From Chrysomallon squamiferum (lineage: Eukaryota > Animalia > Mollusca), in NCBI GenBank assembly GCA_012295275.1, contig CM022670.1:42036001-42100000 (forward strand): DNA of 64,000 bases. The letters are read 5' to 3'. The translations under genes were made by a program, and so were the position numbers. Shown piece by piece: positions 53,101-64,000 of this stretch. Numbering within the stretch: position 1 is the first letter of the stretch; every line of letters starts with the position of its first letter. The notes beneath the pieces were generated by a model. The model worked only from the letters and a program-made list of their open reading frames with translations. It searched no databases and was not told where the DNA came from.

Positions 53101-56100
53101 ATGAATAGTGTTTTGCAACTATTGGTGGTTTGTGTTGCTTTTGGTCACATCAAGTTAGCCAGCCCGAAAGAAGAAAATTGGATTGACCCTTTGGACATGG
53201 TCAACTTTGACCCCACTACAAACAAGATGAAACACAAAGTAAGATAAATTCAGTATTTGTTTATGTGTATTTCTTACATGTGTTATGTATTTTATATTTA
53301 AAACAATCATATTAGGCTGTATATTAATTATTTTTCATTTTTTAGACAGTTTCTACAACAGCAGCACCTAACATTTCTCAGGATAATAAGAAATTTGAGA
53401 AGGTCAAGTCCAGTTCAGGTCAGGCTGAGGTGCCTCAAAGTGAAGGTCACACTGAAAAACAGTGCAGTGGTGTGTGTGTTTCTCTTTTTAAGCAGTTCAT
53501 TCGCACGATTGTGTACCACACCAGTGAAAAGGTTAAAGTTTACATGTTTTTAACATTATTTTGAATAACAAATAAAAAAATAAATAAAAAAGAAAGTTAG
53601 AAATGTAAATTTCATAAACAAATTGTTTTAAAACATAATTTAAAGTAGTAAATAAATTAATACTGTTATTTACTTTTAAATGTTATTAATTTGAAAATAA
53701 CATTTAATGACAGAAAATAGTGACATTAAGGTAACAAGAATAACACAATAATAATAAAGTTAAAACATTACAGAAAAAAATAAAAAAAATTGTTTTGTTT
53801 AGTAAATTTTAAAGATATCTGTATACAGGTAACAGCTGATGTAGCTGTACTGAACATGCAGATCAGGTTAACACCAGGTGAGGTGGAGACACTGAAACGA
53901 TTCACGGAGGGCGATTCTGAGAGTGACATTCACGACGCACATTTGGTGATCAGTGAGATGATCAAGCATGTGTCACAGCTTCAACCAGGTGACCCTTCAT
54001 CTCGCAGATTGTGGTTAGAAGACAAAATAGGAATTCGTATCGAGTTGGCTTTACCAGTAAGTATTTTAATATAGTAATATTGGCTTAATGCCAGATAACA
54101 TAATTAACAGTGTGTTACATGGCTCAGTAACGAAAAGAATACAAATTTCAATACTTGTTTTTTTTTGTTTTAAAAAAAATAAACCACCTGTCTACTTAGT
54201 GTTATTGTGTAGAAGATTTGTTCTTGTTTCAGCTGCTGGCCATTGTATGTGTTGTGTGTCTGACTGTCGTGTTTCTCTTGAAGTATCAGTTCTCCTGGTG
54301 GCAAGCTTCAGTCAAACTCATTTTCTTTCTGTTCTGTGTCAGTGTTGCGTGGACCTGGTATGAGCTGTACAAGGTGAGCTTGGTTTTCAAATTTTCATAG
54401 TATCAGATTGCAATAACAGCTTAATTCTGTTGTAGATTATTTACTGTCAGTTTGTATGTTTAGAGAGAGGAAGCTAAAGTACATCATGCAATGATGAAAG
54501 ACATGCCAGAAGAATGTAGAAGGAAGGAGGACAGCGACAGTATTTGGATGATGGTGAAACAGATGTTTTCTTCCTCATTTACATTTGAAACAGATAAATG
54601 TGTCAAATACTACGAACACCTCCTCATCGATCCTGTGTGGAAAGTTTCTCCAACTGAGGTAAGTCAGAGACTACACTAACATTTCATACAGTAACAGTTT
54701 TGTTGTTTTCTCCTTTTATTATCTACACTAACATTTCATACAGTAACAGTTTTGTTGTTTTTTCTCTTAATATCTACACTAATATTTCATACAGTAACAG
54801 TTTTGTTGTTTTTTTCCTCTTGTTATCTCCATTTTATCAACTGTAATCAGAGTGAAAATCTGTTGATTACATCTTTGAAATAATTATTTCTTTTACAATT
54901 CCTTGTTGTAACCGATGTTTTACCTACTTCGAACATAGTTTTTTCCTTTTTCCTTCTTAATTTTTCTTATTATGTTTTATTTCATTTCACTATTAATTTT
55001 ATTTATTTATTTTTATTGAATATTATTTTTAAGGCTCTTGCTGTAACATTTGCCAGATTTTTCCTGGCTCCTTTGCGTCACATAGGAAAAGGAATTAGCG
55101 AGTTTGTGACAGCCCTCCTCAGTGAACTGCCAATACATCTGTGGCCTTTTGTTCTCATCTTTCTATGTGTCTTTGTCTTCTTCATATGCTTCATCATGTC
55201 AGGCTACAGAATACGGTTGCCATTTATAACAATTGAACCTTCAGGCTACAGTCAAGAAACACAGTTGCTACAGGCATTAAGAAACCAGACAGAAAAGGTA
55301 AGATTGAAGGCTGGAATTCCTCATAACTGACACCAGTATGACACCGATACAAAATGTCAAGGAAAAATTGTGCCTTTATCTAACTAGACTGACCAACATT
55401 TGTGAATTTTCTTTTTTATTTCTGTTTTTTTTTGTTATTTTAAATTTTGAATCCAAATTTTCAATTTGTAGACTCATCTGTAATCTTTTTTTTTTTTTTT
55501 TTTTTTTGTGAATATTATTTATGAACTTTTAAAGAATATGTTCTTTTTGGTGATTTTTGTTCTTTGAATTTTTGCTTTGGTACTTCATAAAAGCCACTTA
55601 ATATCAAATTTTTGCAACACGGATTTCATGTATAACATTTTTATCTTCAAACTGAATATCTGACACTTTCATTCCTTAAACATAATTATGCTCCAAGAGT
55701 CAGTTTTACAAATAATAATAATAAAAAAATAAGAGTTGCTGTTTTTTTCTATATCTCCACACTATCATATGAATATTCACATAGGTTTATAAAGAATCCA
55801 CTGAAAAATAAATCACTACATTGACCTAAACTGCATTACATGTCCATGTTAGTTCTAGTACCGGCATCGTGTTGGTATCATTTCGTGCTGGTGGATTCAG
55901 ATTGTAAGAATTTCAGTGGCATCATTTTTGCTGTTTTGTACAATTATAGATAAACAGGTTTCAGATATGTGGAATCCCAGCTTAAGTTTTTTCAATCATG
56001 GTGCTGATATTCATTATAACATGAAATATTCCAGAAATTTTCACTGAAGAAGACAGAATTGCTGACTGAAATTTATATAGATATATGTAATATTAAAATG

Positions 56101-56913
56101 CTGTAATTTTAGTATTATTTCTATTGTAGTATTTCAGTGAAAATTCTGTTATTATATTATTATGGTATAACTGTTTAAATATGGGGTAAAAATGAATTAA
56201 TGAAGTTAAGTGATAAAAAAAAAGAAAAAAGTAAGAATGAAAATGAAAAGAAGAAAAAAAAGAAAATATTTTAAAACCCATTAGTTTCTCATTCATTACT
56301 TAGATAAATTATTCGTTTGTACTTTAATATTTAAATGCCAGTTACTAACATATCTAATAAAATAATTATAATGCTCAAATACAAGTTACTAATATACATG
56401 TTTCTAATATGTAATTTTATTATTAAATATGTTACGAGTGTACAATTGTTTAAATACAAGTTACTAATATATAACTCTATTATTTATATAAAATTTACTA
56501 ATATATAATTATATTTTTAAAAATGTTACTTATGTATAAGTATGTTATTTAAATGCATATTACTAATATAAAAATTATATTATTTAAATATATGTTATTA
56601 ATATAATTATATTCTTAAAGCTGTTATTAATGTATATAATTGTGTTGTTTAGGCAGAAGAATTAACTGATCATCTACTTAATCAGAAAAATGTAATACAA
56701 GAGATTGTGAGAGAGGAATGTAGAGATAGTTGTGAAAAAGGTTCTCAAGAAACAAGAAAGTTGTTAAAATCTCTGGAGATAGGAAGTGGTGATCAGCTTA
56801 AAACAACAGAAAGAAACGAGACTTACAGTGAAGAGGCAGAAGGAGAGAATGCTGATACTACTACACCTGTCACAGTGGGCAGAATGGAGACATATAATGG
56901 AAGGCAAGTTTGA
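53101..56913 (+). CDS. CLCC1: Chloride channel CLIC-like protein 1, 7 coding exons, 470 aa
   Basis: Exons 53101-53238, 53346-53531, 53829-54056, 54233-54373, 54464-54658, 55034-55297, 56653-56913. Signal peptide; [48 protein letters not shown]...PLRHIGKGISEF; three hydrophobic segments. A likely non-coding first exon ends near 51326. Confidence 0.92.
54670..54815. repeat. About 52-bp tandem repeat, 3 copies, starting 12 nt after a CLCC1 donor
   Basis: Unit core ctacactaacatttcatacagtaacagttttgttgtttt. Confidence 0.88.
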
Positions 56914-57512
56914 AATGATCTTTCAGGTTGTTAAATTGAAACGTGTTTATATTCAATAACAACTGTATGTTTTAGTTTCTTACATTATAGGCAGTGTGAA
57001 ATCCATAAACTGTTTTACACATAGTTTAAGTAGCAGAATAACCTGTACACTAAGCTTGAAACAGTCTTGAATAAAACAAATAATAATAATAGAAAAAAAA
57101 AAAAAAAAAAATCTGTTTTTGGTATTATTCTATTTTTAAACATAACAGGGGAATTGCTGTATCATCTAAATCTGTTTTAATGAAATATGACATTGAAAAA
57201 CATGTTTTGTTTATGGTGACATTAACATGAAAGAATAACAAAACAAGTATTTTCTTTGGTAGCAAAAATATATGTCTTCAGTAGAATGGTTTGAAATGTT
57301 TATTTCTGTACACAACAGGAGAAAGTAAAACACACATGTATATATAATCACACCAGTATTGTTTGTTTTCACGTGCTCTGCCTGACATCTCACCTTTTGT
57401 TCTCAGTACTACACATATTATTAGATACAATGGCACTTTGAAATCAGATTGTGGTATATGAGTTCTTATTGGATTCTTAAAGACAACAGTTCTAATTTTA
57501 ACCCTTGTTGTT

Positions 57513-64000
<6,488 letters not shown>

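Overview
AT-rich, intron-rich animal genomic DNA. A lophotrochozoan, probably a mollusc, is inferred from sequence style and not proven. Most entries in the ORF track are microsatellite or tandem-repeat artefacts, so genes were rebuilt by hand from GT-AG exons with consistent phases. Gene order: a THEMIS-like tandem-CABIT gene (minus strand, one exon of at least 567 codons, absent from the ORF track because it runs off the window); a small proline-rich plus SAM-domain gene with two alternative first exons; Hook (21 coding exons) head-to-head with RNF170; ATP synthase F1 delta; UQCRH; CLCC1; and the 3' part of an IQANK1-like gene. Most notable: (1) minisatellite arrays repeatedly anchored on splice sites, copying donors, acceptors and exon ends and in places forming potential in-frame micro-exons; (2) a CpG-rich, CRE-rich CABIT plus SAM locus that resembles a split GAREM/THEMIS signalling module; (3) the Hook-RNF170 divergent pair that also exists in human; (4) a Tigger-type transposon inserted in a donor-site array. 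No CRISPR array, rRNA or convincing tRNA was found.
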